This document shows positions 32,971 through 33,392 of a stretch of DNA of 33,392 nt, piece after piece. Origin of the DNA: Octopus bimaculoides (taxonomy: Eukaryota); the NCBI RefSeq assembly GCF_001194135.2, contig NC_069009.1, forward strand, positions 5,759,905 to 5,793,296, given 5' to 3'. Every line of letters begins with the position of its first letter. Positions within the stretch are counted from its first letter, which is position 1. The translations under genes were made by a program, and so were the position numbers. The notes under the pieces were generated by a model, which was given only the letters and a program-made list of their open reading frames with translations, searched no databases and had not been told where the DNA came from.

Positions 32971-33102
32971 TGTTTTTTATCTATAAACACATTTGAAAAA
33001 CAGGTGAGAGTTGGTTGATAGGAAAGACACCCAGTTGCAAAGTACTGTCTGAAATGTAAATACTCCACTAACCCATGCTACCATTGAAAAACAGACGTCA
33101 AA
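32137..33102 (+). repeat. Tandem decayed RTE-type 3' ends (about 4 copies), split by a SINE
   Basis: CCAACCCATGCTA...GAAAAACAGA motif or decayed equivalents at about 32145, 32296, 32450 and 33071; three are preceded by CAGCTGAGAGTT-like sequence. Confidence 0.6.
32490..32905 (+). mobile_element. Full-length SINE family A (tRNA-derived, internal microsatellite)
   Basis: A box TGGCTGTGTGG 32500-32510, B box GGTTCAGTCCC 32543-32553, internal (TA)/(TG) at about 32652-32700, tail GACTGAAACAAGTAAAAGAGTAAAAGAG. Confidence 0.9.
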
Positions 33103-33392
33103 CCTAACAAATGATACACAACCGTCCCCACTCTGCCACACACAAATATCTATTTCTGTATTATATTTTTAATTTAACGGTCTAGCTTTCAGTTGGAAGA
33201 TGGCACTGGTTTTGAGGGGTATGTGTTTGTGTGTGTAGGGGTGGGGGTGGGGAGATATGTCTGATGTGATTCGTTGAAATATTATTTATTTTGTCACGGA
33301 CTTCCTATCGATTTCTATATTTGTATTTATTTATTTATTTATTTATGTAATTTTTGTTTTTACTGTATTGTTTATTTTCTTTATTTTTGGAA

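Overview
Eukaryotic, gap-rich draft sequence with 14 N-runs (e.g. 9522-10396, 19390-19984, 30027-30579). It is AT-rich and dominated by microsatellites and interspersed repeats. The tRNA-headed SINE families, RTE-type tails and (TA)/(CA)/(GATA)/(ATT) tracts look like an octopus genome; this is inference from recalled repeat sequences, not a search. No complete host gene, rRNA, tRNA gene or CRISPR array is supported, and almost all long ORFs in the track are artefacts of N-runs or microsatellites. Two real protein-coding relics are present: (1) a 5'-truncated R4/Dong-type LINE on the minus strand (19103-20220) inserted in an (ATT)n tract; (2) a Penelope-like element fragment with a GIY-YIG endonuclease (30621-31420), followed by an apparently intact type I hammerhead ribozyme (31711-31797). 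Other structure: TTAA-flanked piggyBac-like MITEs in nested arrays, two local satellites (about 150 bp and about 100 bp units) that derive from adjacent halves of one dispersed element, a 25-bp-stem hairpin inside a TA tract, and a few unverified minus-strand exon candidates.
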